From contig JBAXRQ010000001.1 of assembly GCA_037131105.1 (NCBI GenBank), positions 258,039-322,038 on the forward strand: a stretch of DNA of 64,000 nt. Reading direction: 5' to 3'. This document shows, piece by piece, positions 8,530 to 17,312 of the stretch; within the stretch, counting starts at the first letter, position 1, and each line of letters begins with the position of its first letter. The notes beneath the pieces are model-generated. The model was given only the letters and a program-made list of their open reading frames with translations. It was not told where the DNA came from and made no database searches. The stretch is from a bacterium (GTDB lineage: Bacteria > Patescibacteriota > UBA1384 > CAILIB01). Made by a program: the position numbers and the translations under genes.

Positions 8530-9120
8530 ATGCTCCATATCCTGCGGAACCTGATCTCACATTACGGCCTCTTCGGCATGTTCGTCTCGGTGGCTATAGA
8601 GAACCTGGGGTTGCCGCTACCCACCGAGCCGGCCTACCTGGTCGGCCAGGCCCTTATCACTGACGGGTCTCATTCCTGGTGGGTGATCCAGGTCGTACTG
8701 TACCTTGGCCATACGGCGGGTGCCTGCGCCTCCTACTGGATGGGTCGTCGCATTGGTATTAAGATGAAGGGCGACCATAGCCAGTTTACCGATACCCAGA
8801 AGCGGATCGCCGGCTGGTTTGAGAAGTACGGCTATATTACGGTATTTGCTACTCGTCTTATCGGCTATGTCAGGCCCTGGAGCTCGTATGTGGCTGGTAT
8901 TGCCGAAGTGCCCTTTGTACCCTTCTTGCTACTAAGCTCAGCCGGCACCATCATCCTGAACCTTATCTGTCTGGCTTTTGCTAGCAAGTTCATCTGGTTA
9001 TGGGCCTCGTTCCCGATTGCCCGGATACTGATCACCTTTTCTTGTCTGATTGGTGTGGTCCTGCTGGCGTTCCAGGGATACAGGAAACACATGACCAAGA
9101 AGAATAAGCAGGAGGCATGA
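8530..9120 (+). CDS. DedA-family membrane protein
   Basis: SNARE-associated/DedA-like N-terminus FVSVAIENLGLPLP. Multiple TM helices. Confidence 0.55.
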   Translation: MLHILRNLISHYGLFGMFVSVAIENLGLPLPTEPAYLVGQALITDGSHSWWVIQVVLYLGHTAGACASYWMGRRIGIKMKGDHSQFTDTQKRIAGWFEKYGYITVFATRLIGYVRPWSSYVAGIAEVPFVPFLLLSSAGTIILNLICLAFASKFIWLWASFPIARILITFSCLIGVVLLAFQGYRKHMTKKNKQEA

Positions 9121-9365
9121 AGAAACAAGCCCGTCGTACGTATGAGTTTGTCGGCTGGGCCGGCATGGCAGCTATTCTGCTCGGCTATTTCCTGATCAGT
9201 TTTTCCTACCTGCAGCCGCGAGGTATCCCGTACCAGCTGCTTACCGGCTTGGGCTCGCTCGGACTGGTGCTGCATTCGTATATAAAGCGTGACTACCAGC
9301 CTCTGGTACTTAATCTGATCTGGCTGGCTATCGCCGTAACAGTTATTCTTATCGTCATCCTTTAG
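9117..9365 (+). CDS. small membrane protein
   Basis: 82 aa with 2 TM helices. ATGA overlap couples it to dedA. Confidence 0.35.
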   Translation: MKKQARRTYEFVGWAGMAAILLGYFLISFSYLQPRGIPYQLLTGLGSLGLVLHSYIKRDYQPLVLNLIWLAIAVTVILIVIL

Positions 9366-9697
9366 CCATCCTGGTCCATGGTATAGCCGATGCCATGAAC
9401 AGTACGGATGAGACGCCGACCAAAGGGTCGGTCGACTTTGTCTCGCAGATGCTTGATGTGAACGTCAACAAGATTGGAAAAGGGATTGGTGGCGTCGTCC
9501 CAGAGCTGCTCAAGGATCATTGTCCGGGTTACTACCCGGTCTTGGTTGCGCATGAGGTACTCCAAGAGGTCGAAGTCTTTGCGGCGAAGCCTGATTGGGG
9601 TGTTGCTACGGCGTACTGTTCGCCTGGCCGAATCAATTACTAGGTCTACGCAACAGATCATGGCGGAAGCTGCATGGTGGGGAGGGGGAATGAGCAT
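9362..9697 (-). CDS. stand-alone OmpR/PhoB-type winged-helix DNA-binding protein
   Basis: trans_reg_C-like sequence FDLLEYLMRNQDRVVTRTMILEQLWD...TVHGIGY. No receiver domain. Confidence 0.5.
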   Translation of the reverse strand: MLIPPPHHAASAMICCVDLVIDSARRTVRRSNTPIRLRRKDFDLLEYLMRNQDRVVTRTMILEQLWDDATNPFSNLVDVHIKHLRDKVDRPFGRRLIRTVHGIGYTMDQDG

Positions 9698-9774
9698 ATA
9701 TCATCTATGAAAATAATACGTCCTCATGCTAGTACAGAAATATTAACTTTTCATTAACTTTTTGCCTGTGTGCG

Positions 9775-10347
9775 CTACGGCAAAAACAGGGTTGTCCGGA
9801 TGACGCTCCAGTAGTGGACAATGACAACGATAAACCCAGCATTAACTAAGGGAAATATCAGCAGGTTCTCAAACCAGTGACCGGTCTCAATGCGAAGCCC
9901 CTGGAAGGGGTGCGGAGGGATGCCGAACATATGCTGGTTGGGGAACAGTAGCGGCACGCCTTCTACCGTGAGCATGTCCGCCAGTATGTGGCTCCCGTAG
10001 GCGATGGCGAAGGCAATGAAGACATAGTGCCTGCCTAGTCCCCAATACAGCGGTGCCAAGAGCAGGAGTCGATACATGCCATAGCAGACTATGCCGTAGC
10101 CCAGGAATGAGTGAGTCAGGTTACGGTGGGCAAGGAAGGGGTTCACTAGTTCGCCGCCGATATGACCGAAAGGAAGGGCGTTCCAGAGCCGGGATCCAGG
10201 CTGGTCGATGTCGGGAAGTAGTGAACCGATGCAAGAGACCACCAATACTCCCGCTAGAGAGGCGGGCTGGTAATGCGGCGAAGTAGCGATAAGAAAAGAG
10301 GCAAGCCCGGCGGTCATTCCAATGACCTGGTGGGTCTTACCGGTCAT
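9775..10347 (-). CDS. membrane-bound metal-dependent hydrolase (YdjM-like)
   Basis: 190 aa, His-rich, 3-4 TM helices. Resembles the LexA-regulated YdjM family. Confidence 0.45.
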   Translation of the reverse strand: MTGKTHQVIGMTAGLASFLIATSPHYQPASLAGVLVVSCIGSLLPDIDQPGSRLWNALPFGHIGGELVNPFLAHRNLTHSFLGYGIVCYGMYRLLLLAPLYWGLGRHYVFIAFAIAYGSHILADMLTVEGVPLLFPNQHMFGIPPHPFQGLRIETGHWFENLLIFPLVNAGFIVVIVHYWSVIRTTLFLP

Positions 10348-12101
10348 TACATTCTCTCGGGAACCGAAATACCAAGCAGGCTAAGGCCGAGCTCCAGCTG
10401 CTGCTGGGTGAGCCAGGCCAGAGTCAGCCATGACCGCTTGATAGCCGGGTCCGGCTGGTTGGCGATATGTGAGTTCTGGTAGAACCTATTGAACTCCTGG
10501 GCCAGACTGAAGAGGTGGTCGCAGAGAATGTGAGGGGCGTTACCGGCCTGGGTGTCGATGAGGACCTGGGGAAAACGGGTGAGCGACAGTATGACGGCAT
10601 GCTCAGCCTCTGTGGCAGGTGCCAACAGTCCTTCAGACGAGTTCACCTCTTCCCCGACATGCCTGAAGATCGACTTGATACGGACGGTAGTGTATACGAG
10701 GTAGGGTCCGGTCTTGCCCTCGAAGCTGACGAACTTATCGATATCAAAGATATAATCGGAAGACGAGTTGGTGCTGAGATCGCCAAACTTAAGGGCGGCC
10801 AGACCTACCTTCTCAGCAATTTCATGCTGCTCTTCTTCCGAGTAATCCTTGGCGGCTCCTATCTCGTGCAATCGCTGCAGGGCTTTCTCCTGGACCTCTC
10901 CGATGAGGTCCTGCAGCTTCATGACGCCTCCGGCCCGGGTCTTAAAAGGCCTTCCATCAGGGCCGTTCATGGTACCGAATCCTAGGTGCTGCAAGACCAT
11001 ATCCTCAGGGGCGATGCCGGTCTGGCGGGCAGCGGCAAAGACCTGCTGGAAGTGAAGGCTCTGGCGCTGGTCAGCTACTACTAGTGATCGCTTCACACCG
11101 TCAGTAGCCCGATCTAGGATGGTGGCAAGATCTGAGGTGCTATAGAGGTAGGCGCCATCTGACTTCTCAAGAAGAAGCGGAGGAAGCTCCTTACCGTCAA
11201 CGGGATGAAGGTGGACCACTAGGGCTCCTTCACTTTCGACCGCCAGGCCGCGCTGCTTGAGGTCGGCGATCATGGTGCCGATGAGGTCATGGTAATGGCT
11301 CTCACCGTTCCATAGGTCAAAATGCACGTCGAGCTTCTCCATCTGGACCTTGATGGCACTTACCGAGATATCCACGAAGTGCTGCCAGAGGGCACGGTAG
11401 CCGGGTCGTCCCTGCTGCAGCTCGTAGGTGGCCTGCAAGGCGTCTTTCTTGGCCTGCTCATTCTCCTTGCAGCGGGCGGCAGATCGCGGGTAGATGGCCT
11501 CGAGGTCGTCGAGGGTGACCGGAGACTCGGTAGGGTAGGGGCCGGTGAGCTGCTCGTCGAAGTAGGGGAGCTCCGGCTGGTCGCGGCGGATCTCGCTGAT
11601 GATCATGCCCATCTGGGTGCCCCAGTCGCCCATATGGATATCTCCCTGGATATTCGCACCAAGCAGGACGTAGAGCCGGCGCAGGCTTTCACCGATGACT
11701 GACGGCCGAAGATGGCCGATGTGCAGGGGCTTGGCTACGTTCATGCCTCCGAAGTCGACGACGGTCTTCTGGTCCTTTACATTCGTGAGAGAGGAGTAAT
11801 CGGCGTCCTTAGTGGCGAGCTTGGCCTGGTCGGCTAAGAACTGCTTGTCCAGGCGAATATTAATGAAACCGGGCCCGGCAATGTCGAGGGTGAACTCACT
11901 ACAGCCAGTGAGGGTGTCGACGACCTTCTGGGCGACCTCGCGGGGAGGCATGCCAAGGGATTTGGCGCAGGAGAGGGCGTCATTGCATTGGTAATCGGCA
12001 AGCTCCGGACGGTCGCTGGGCGTAACGCTGCCTACTTGGGCTCCTAAGCTGGCAAATGCTTCGCTAAAAAGGTTGCTGAGGTATGATTCGATGGAGTGCA
12101 T
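10347..12101 (-). CDS. argS: arginine--tRNA ligase
   Basis: 584 aa with a class-I HIGH motif (PLHIGHLR) and ArgRS N-terminal and anticodon-binding architecture. Confidence 0.9.
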   Translation of the reverse strand: MHSIESYLSNLFSEAFASLGAQVGSVTPSDRPELADYQCNDALSCAKSLGMPPREVAQKVVDTLTGCSEFTLDIAGPGFINIRLDKQFLADQAKLATKDADYSSLTNVKDQKTVVDFGGMNVAKPLHIGHLRPSVIGESLRRLYVLLGANIQGDIHMGDWGTQMGMIISEIRRDQPELPYFDEQLTGPYPTESPVTLDDLEAIYPRSAARCKENEQAKKDALQATYELQQGRPGYRALWQHFVDISVSAIKVQMEKLDVHFDLWNGESHYHDLIGTMIADLKQRGLAVESEGALVVHLHPVDGKELPPLLLEKSDGAYLYSTSDLATILDRATDGVKRSLVVADQRQSLHFQQVFAAARQTGIAPEDMVLQHLGFGTMNGPDGRPFKTRAGGVMKLQDLIGEVQEKALQRLHEIGAAKDYSEEEQHEIAEKVGLAALKFGDLSTNSSSDYIFDIDKFVSFEGKTGPYLVYTTVRIKSIFRHVGEEVNSSEGLLAPATEAEHAVILSLTRFPQVLIDTQAGNAPHILCDHLFSLAQEFNRFYQNSHIANQPDPAIKRSWLTLAWLTQQQLELGLSLLGISVPERM

Positions 12102-12106
12102 GCGGG

Positions 12107-12817
12107 CTAGCTAATACGTGTGCCGATAGTCTCGCCCTCAATGATCCGCTTGATGTTGCCATGAGTCAGAAGGTCGAAGATGATAATGGGAAGCGAATTG
12201 TCCATGGCCAGGGAGAGGGCGGCATTGTCCATTACCTTGATGTCAGAGCTGCTGAGGGCCTCGCTGAAACCAATCTGCTGCTTACGTACGGCGTCAGGAT
12301 GTGTAGCGGGGTCTTTGTCATAGACGCCGTCTACCTTGGTGGCCTTCAGTACGGTCTCGCACTCGAGCTCCAGGCCGGCGCTTACCGCGGCGGTATCAGT
12401 GGTGACGTAGGGCGCTCCGATGCCGCCGGCGATAAGTACGATCCTGTCCTTCTCCATATGTCGGATGGCCCGGCGGCGGATATAGGGCTCGGCAACGCTC
12501 TCTATCTTCAGGCGGCTCTGCAGTCTGGCTGGCTGCCCGTTGGCCTCTAGGGCGTCCACCAAGGCCATGCCGTTGATAACGGTGGCAAGCATCCCCATAT
12601 AGTCCCCGGTGGCCCGTTCGACGCCGTGGTTGGCTATGGAGGCACCGCGCATGAAGTTGCCACCGCCCACTACCACGGCTAGCTGGACGCCGGTGCTTTC
12701 GCGGGCCTCCTTCAGCTCACGTGCCAGTTTGGCGACGAACTCAGGGTCGATGCCATGGTCACGGCTGCCGGAGAACTGTTCGCCGGAGAGTTTTAGGAGG
12801 ACACGCTTCAGTGCCAT
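12107..12817 (-). CDS. pyrH: UMP kinase
   Basis: N-terminal KRVLLKLSGE and amino-acid kinase fold. 236 aa. Confidence 0.9.
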   Translation of the reverse strand: MALKRVLLKLSGEQFSGSRDHGIDPEFVAKLARELKEARESTGVQLAVVVGGGNFMRGASIANHGVERATGDYMGMLATVINGMALVDALEANGQPARLQSRLKIESVAEPYIRRRAIRHMEKDRIVLIAGGIGAPYVTTDTAAVSAGLELECETVLKATKVDGVYDKDPATHPDAVRKQQIGFSEALSSSDIKVMDNAALSLAMDNSLPIIIFDLLTHGNIKRIIEGETIGTRIS

Positions 12818-12920
12818 GAGGGAAGAGGTTAGGTATCTTTACCATAGCGGATTTGGAGGGGTATGAACAGGTTGAAGCTTTGCTTAGTTTACTTAGTTTT
12901 GCCGTCATGGTACCTTTTTC

Positions 12921-13226
12921 TTGACAAAAGAGGGAGGAATTATGGGTGCTCGGATAACGTTTGCCGTAGTGTTCGCTGTCGTCTACATGTACATGCTTAG
13001 TATCTGCATTGAGGAAGGCTTCAAGTACAAGCCTTTGAACGGCAGGCTTAGGGAGGTAGTCATTGCGGTTATGGCAGGGATAATCTCGGTGCATTTACTG
13101 GTACTGATGTCTGAACTTTTGGTAGTTGCGATAAGGCCGCGAGCATATGTCGGAGCAGCTGTCTCATGGGTCGTAGTGTACCTGCTTAGCGTATTCGGAA
13201 GCGTCTTATGGAGAAAGGCGCAATGA
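12921..13226 (+). CDS. small membrane protein
   Basis: 101 aa with 3 hydrophobic helices. Confidence 0.3.
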   Translation: MTKEGGIMGARITFAVVFAVVYMYMLSICIEEGFKYKPLNGRLREVVIAVMAGIISVHLLVLMSELLVVAIRPRAYVGAAVSWVVVYLLSVFGSVLWRKAQ

Positions 13227-13490
13227 TATTCAGATCAAAATCCCCCGTCAGCTGCGCTGGCGGGGGATTTCCTCTCTGTCTCGATATATGCAAAATATTG
13301 GGGCGGCCAGAGGGGAACGATCCCTCGATAAGAGAACCACAATCTCTTGTGTTACCACTACACTATGGCCGCCATATGTTAACCTGCCGTTCGATAATAG
13401 CCTATTCTGCAGACAAATTCCAGGGTGAGGCGGGCAGTCTCATGCCATTGGAGGGATGAGACTGCCGGCTCGGGGCGTCATGGGTTTGGG

Positions 13491-13592
13491 TGACAGAGTA
13501 GCTGTGCGGCAAGGTCCCTTGTAGTATCGTAGACCACCATTGCGCCTATCATAGCTAGACCGAATCCTCCAGCCCACAGAAATATCTTCATG
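13491..13592 (-). CDS. 34-aa hydrophobic peptide with strong SD
   Basis: AGGAGG lies 5 nt upstream of the ATG. Sequence MKIFLWAGGFGLAMIGAMVVYDTTRDLAAQLLCHPNP. Confidence 0.3.
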
Positions 13593-13679
13593 GATCCTCC
13601 TTGAATCCTGGACTAGGGCAAAGGTATCAAAAATAACCGGTTTTGTACAGGGAAAAGTGCCTACTTAGGGGGTAGGTGA

Positions 13680-13830
13680 TTTTTCTTTGGAGCGGGAGGG
13701 GAGTCGGACGTCGGAGCGAAGCTCCTCCTAGGAAACCTGCGGTTTCCTTAACGCTTTCTTCGAAAGCTACCTTCCTCCACGGAAGAACTCCCGGATTGCA
13801 GCATCTGCCTTCGGCGGACGGGCAAGCTTG
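13680..13830. repeat. REP-like composite element (copy E4)
   Basis: Contains aggaaacctgcggtttcct and cttcctccacggaagaactcccgg. Confidence 0.4.
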
Positions 13831-14074
13831 CACATGGAAAAAGCGGCATCCCCCAGATGCTGCTTATCCCTCCCCCTCCCTGTCCGACTCCCACTCATGA
13901 GTACAAAGAAAAACCCTCCGCAAGCGGAGAGTTTTTCTTTGGAGCGGGTAGTGGGAGTCGGACCCGCGTCTTCTCCTTGGAAGGGAGGTGTAATACCGTT
14001 ATACGATACCCGCGTACCTTACGGTTATAGCACAGAGCGGGGGCCTGGTGAAGCCCCCGTCCGCAGGCGTAAGG

Positions 14075-16363
14075 TTAGAATGAGGTTGAACCGGATCCGT
14101 AATTAAGGCCGCAAATGTGGCTTGCACAAGGAAGGCTGGGGGAGGGGGTGGGGACCGGCTTAAGGACTGACACCGCATCACCTGGCTTTGAGAGGCTGGT
14201 CCTGCTCGTAACACCATGTATCGTCACAGTCTGGGTGCCATTGTTTAGCTCCACATTCTTGATTTGATCATCTGCAGTCCCATTCCTCCACTCGCCCTTA
14301 AGTTCAGCTCCGCCTAAGGCTGTGGTAATGGTCACGGCTCCAGTTGCGCCAAGCGCTACGCCCCTGATGTGTTGAATGGTGGCACCGGCAACTCCACCAG
14401 CGCTCACGGCATCCGGGAACACAAGATCATAGTCTATGAGGGCATCAGGGATACCCTGGGTGATGGCGACCTGGTACTTGTGCTTGGTGTGGCCAGCTTC
14501 GACCAGATTGTCGTCAGTGGTTCCGGTCCTGGTAAGTTTCACCTGGATCCCGCCTGAGCCACCGCTGGTATCGGCCGGCTCTACCCTGATTGGAAAGGTG
14601 GTGTCGGCGTAGTCATACCGGTGGGCGGCCTGTGAGCCGGTGCCGCTGCCCTTCTCGACGATTACCTTGGGATGGAACATCCGGGTAGTGGTAGTGCTGT
14701 CGTTGGTAAAGGCATAGGCGGGACAGCTCCACTGGAAACTGCTTCGGCGGGGCACGTTCATGAGCCTATAGTACCAGCCGTAGTCATTGGGCTGAACGGC
14801 GGAGTTGGCGACATAGGTGTGAGGTAAAAGCGTCTGGTTTGGGGCGGTACCTTGTAACGGGCCGATCCTATTGTCCTGGCTGTCGCAGTAGAAGTAGGTG
14901 TTGGTGGTGGCGGTCGGATCTCCCCCCGTTACGTTGGCGGTGAGGCTTGCACTGCGCCGGTAGTACTGTCTGGAGGAAACGGGGATTTCAGGGAGTACCG
15001 TGATGGTGACCCTGACGGGTGGGTAAATAGTGAAGACTACGTAGGAGTAGGCTTTTGTGGAACAGCTGCGTGGGTCGGGAGCGCCGGCTCCGACGGGGGC
15101 ACCTGCCGGGAACTGGGTCTGGCCTGCGCAGAGCGTGGGATTGTCCGCTATTGCCGCGGTGACCTTGGCCACTGCGGTGTGGGGCAGGCGATTATCGGCA
15201 GCGACTTCGCTTGCGATGTCCTGGTACTGGTACACGCAGGGGATTGCGTAGGGAGGGGCAGGAGTTTGCGACAACCCTGTTTGGTTAAGGACGCCAGTAC
15301 CGCTGTTGCTGGTAATGCCTGGATTCTCCAGGGAGTTGCATTCGTAATAATAAAACGGATGTCCGCTGCTGGGGGCCGCACCAGATGGGTATAGTTTTAT
15401 TGGATCTGTCACCAGAAGGTTTGCACTAAGGCCATTAACCGCACTGGTCGGTGTGGGTATGAGTGTGTAGGTGGGGGGCACGTCGTTATTGAGGGTGCGT
15501 GCGGCGTTGGTATATGAGTGAAGGGCGCCGACCGATATGCCCTGGCTGGCCGGACCTACTACGACCATACCGATATCATAGGCGTTCACGATGTCTATGT
15601 TTAGGCTGTTGCCGCGCTCAACTATCACCTTCGGGTAGAAGACGCTGGGGTTATCCCCGTCGCTGGCCTTGTGGGAGTAGTGGCAGGTAGGTATGTTCGC
15701 GGCATTGGGCTCGTCCTGACCGGCCGGCACAGTCGGAGTGCTAATAAGGCCGCTGGGGGTTATGCCGGGAGTCTTGCTGTTGTTGTCGCACCAGAAGCTG
15801 AACTTGCTGCTCTGGTCGGTAAAGCCTCCCACTGCCTTGGCGGTTATCGTTGAGTCCACCGTCCCGTTGCCGCTCGTGGTGCCTACCTTAATCGTGACTG
15901 CTATCTTGGTGGGTGGGTTTATGATGATGCTGACTACGGCGATCTTGTGGCATTTGACGCCGCAGCTGCCATTGTTGACGATGACCTTGGCGTACTTGGT
16001 CATCGAAGAAAAGGGGTTTAAGGGGTTGTCGCGGCTATAGGTGCAGCCGGAGTAGCTGTAGCTGAACTTATTCAAGGCGACAGTCTGGGGATTTGAGCGG
16101 GTGCCGGTGGGCTCGCTGCCGTCATTCTTCTCGTCGCAGTAGATCTGGTAGTCGTAGGTTTTGGAAGTGTCCCCGCTTTGGTTCAGCACATTTGCCGTAA
16201 TAGTCGGCGTGAAGGTCATGCCGGGGTTGGGGGATTCGTCGGGAGTGGCCTGGGCGGTGATAGCCAGGTCCAGGGTGGCGGCGTGTACGGGGGCACTGCT
16301 AAGCAGCAGGACTGCGACTAACAGGAGGGAGCGGAGAAGCGTGGTAAGACGCATGGCAATCAT
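14075..16363 (-). CDS. large secreted/cell-surface protein (Thr/Gly/Pro/Tyr-rich, Cys-containing)
   Basis: 762 aa with a signal peptide (MIAMRLTTLLRSLLLVAVLLLSSAPVHA) and a repetitive composition. Confidence 0.55.
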   Translation of the reverse strand: MIAMRLTTLLRSLLLVAVLLLSSAPVHAATLDLAITAQATPDESPNPGMTFTPTITANVLNQSGDTSKTYDYQIYCDEKNDGSEPTGTRSNPQTVALNKFSYSYSGCTYSRDNPLNPFSSMTKYAKVIVNNGSCGVKCHKIAVVSIIINPPTKIAVTIKVGTTSGNGTVDSTITAKAVGGFTDQSSKFSFWCDNNSKTPGITPSGLISTPTVPAGQDEPNAANIPTCHYSHKASDGDNPSVFYPKVIVERGNSLNIDIVNAYDIGMVVVGPASQGISVGALHSYTNAARTLNNDVPPTYTLIPTPTSAVNGLSANLLVTDPIKLYPSGAAPSSGHPFYYYECNSLENPGITSNSGTGVLNQTGLSQTPAPPYAIPCVYQYQDIASEVAADNRLPHTAVAKVTAAIADNPTLCAGQTQFPAGAPVGAGAPDPRSCSTKAYSYVVFTIYPPVRVTITVLPEIPVSSRQYYRRSASLTANVTGGDPTATTNTYFYCDSQDNRIGPLQGTAPNQTLLPHTYVANSAVQPNDYGWYYRLMNVPRRSSFQWSCPAYAFTNDSTTTTRMFHPKVIVEKGSGTGSQAAHRYDYADTTFPIRVEPADTSGGSGGIQVKLTRTGTTDDNLVEAGHTKHKYQVAITQGIPDALIDYDLVFPDAVSAGGVAGATIQHIRGVALGATGAVTITTALGGAELKGEWRNGTADDQIKNVELNNGTQTVTIHGVTSRTSLSKPGDAVSVLKPVPTPSPSLPCASHICGLNYGSGSTSF

Positions 16364-16496
16364 GAGTGACGAATATAGATATCCCTATAAGATAAGGATA
16401 AGGGAGGCGGGCCAACGGTGTCAAACCCGGAATCTGGTGATTGTGCCTTCGGCGCTTGTGGTAGTTATTTTCTATTAAGGCGTAGACGATCTTGGC

Positions 16497-16513
16497 AACG
16501 TTCTGGTCGGGGC
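16497..16513. repeat. partial direct copy of tRNA-Pro 3' end (att-like)
   Basis: ctggtcggggcgcgca occurs at 16497 and again at the tRNA 3' end (16678-16693). Confidence 0.5.
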
Positions 16514-16514
16514 G

Positions 16515-16640
16515 CGCATGACATCTCACCGCTTCGCTTTTGAGAACCCACGGTTCTCAACGCTCACTTTGTTCGCTGCTCTCCTCTGCGGAACCTTGGC
16601 AGGCTCCGACCCTCCGCTAGTTTGAGTCTGCGCTTCGTTA
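16515..16640. repeat. REP-like composite element (copy E5)
   Basis: Contains gagaacccacggttctc and ctcctctgcggaacc. Confidence 0.45.
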
Positions 16641-16680
16641 CAGAATAAAAGAACCATCCGAAGATGGTTCTTTTATTCTG
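16641..16680. other. long perfect hairpin abutting tRNA-Pro 3' end
   Basis: cagaataaaagaaccatccgaagatggttcttttattctg. Confidence 0.5.
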
Positions 16681-16754
16681 GTCGGGGCGCGCAGACTCGA
16701 ACTGCGGACCTCCTGGTCCCAAACCAGGCGCACTACCAACTGTGCTACGCCCCG
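16679..16754 (-). tRNA. tRNA-Pro (anticodon TGG)
   Basis: Cloverleaf CGGGGCGTAGCACAGTTGGTAGTGCGCCTGGTTTGGGACCAGGAGGTCCGCAGTTCGAGTCTGCGCGCCCCGACCA. Confidence 0.9.
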
Positions 16755-16759
16755 AGGAG

Positions 16760-17312
16760 AGATGGTACTGACGTGCTAGCATGTCAGTACCATCTCGACG
16801 AGGGGAGCTCTTCCGCGAAGCGGGAGAGACGCCCCCACACGCCTTGGCGTGTGTTTCGTCTCGGTGTTGATATTGAGGAATGCTGGCGACCGTGCTTGCA
16901 CGGGCAGTAGCATTCTGAGGAGGGACGATTCCGCGAAGCGGAATCTGCCTCCGAGGAGAGATGCAGTGTACGTCTATTGAGTACACTTGGTGTTGGTATT
17001 GGGAAATCAAAGAGAACGAATAACAAAAGCACTCTACCATATCTTAACCGATCAGGCGAGGGCTGGCGCCATGCTCATCCATATTCAACCTGTCTGAACC
17101 TGATAGTGCATTGCATTTCTTCCCCCGACCGGCTACTATATAGGTACGCGTACCAGTGTTTTTCCCAATAAAGACGTACGCCATTACATGCATAACCTGT
17201 CCATGAAGTTAACGAAGCGCCGAGCCGCATACGGGCACGAACGAATCTCGCTATAGCAGCCCACACGGGCGGCCTTCTTTTCCTGTTCTCAGGCGTGGAC
17301 TGAAAGGATACC
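16760..17312. promoter_or_regulatory. 550-bp ORF-poor, hairpin-rich region upstream of rny
   Basis: 38-bp near-perfect palindrome gagatggtactgacgtgctagcatgtcagtaccatctc. Two ccgcGAAgcgg triloop hairpins. No credible ORF. Confidence 0.3.

Noticed and set aside
16564-17040. 158-aa and 82-aa minus-strand ORFs in the tRNA-Pro / rny upstream region
   Set aside because: They overlap the tRNA-Pro gene and the hairpin-dense leader. No ribosome-binding site, and a low-complexity Arg/Ser-rich translation. Treated as non-coding.
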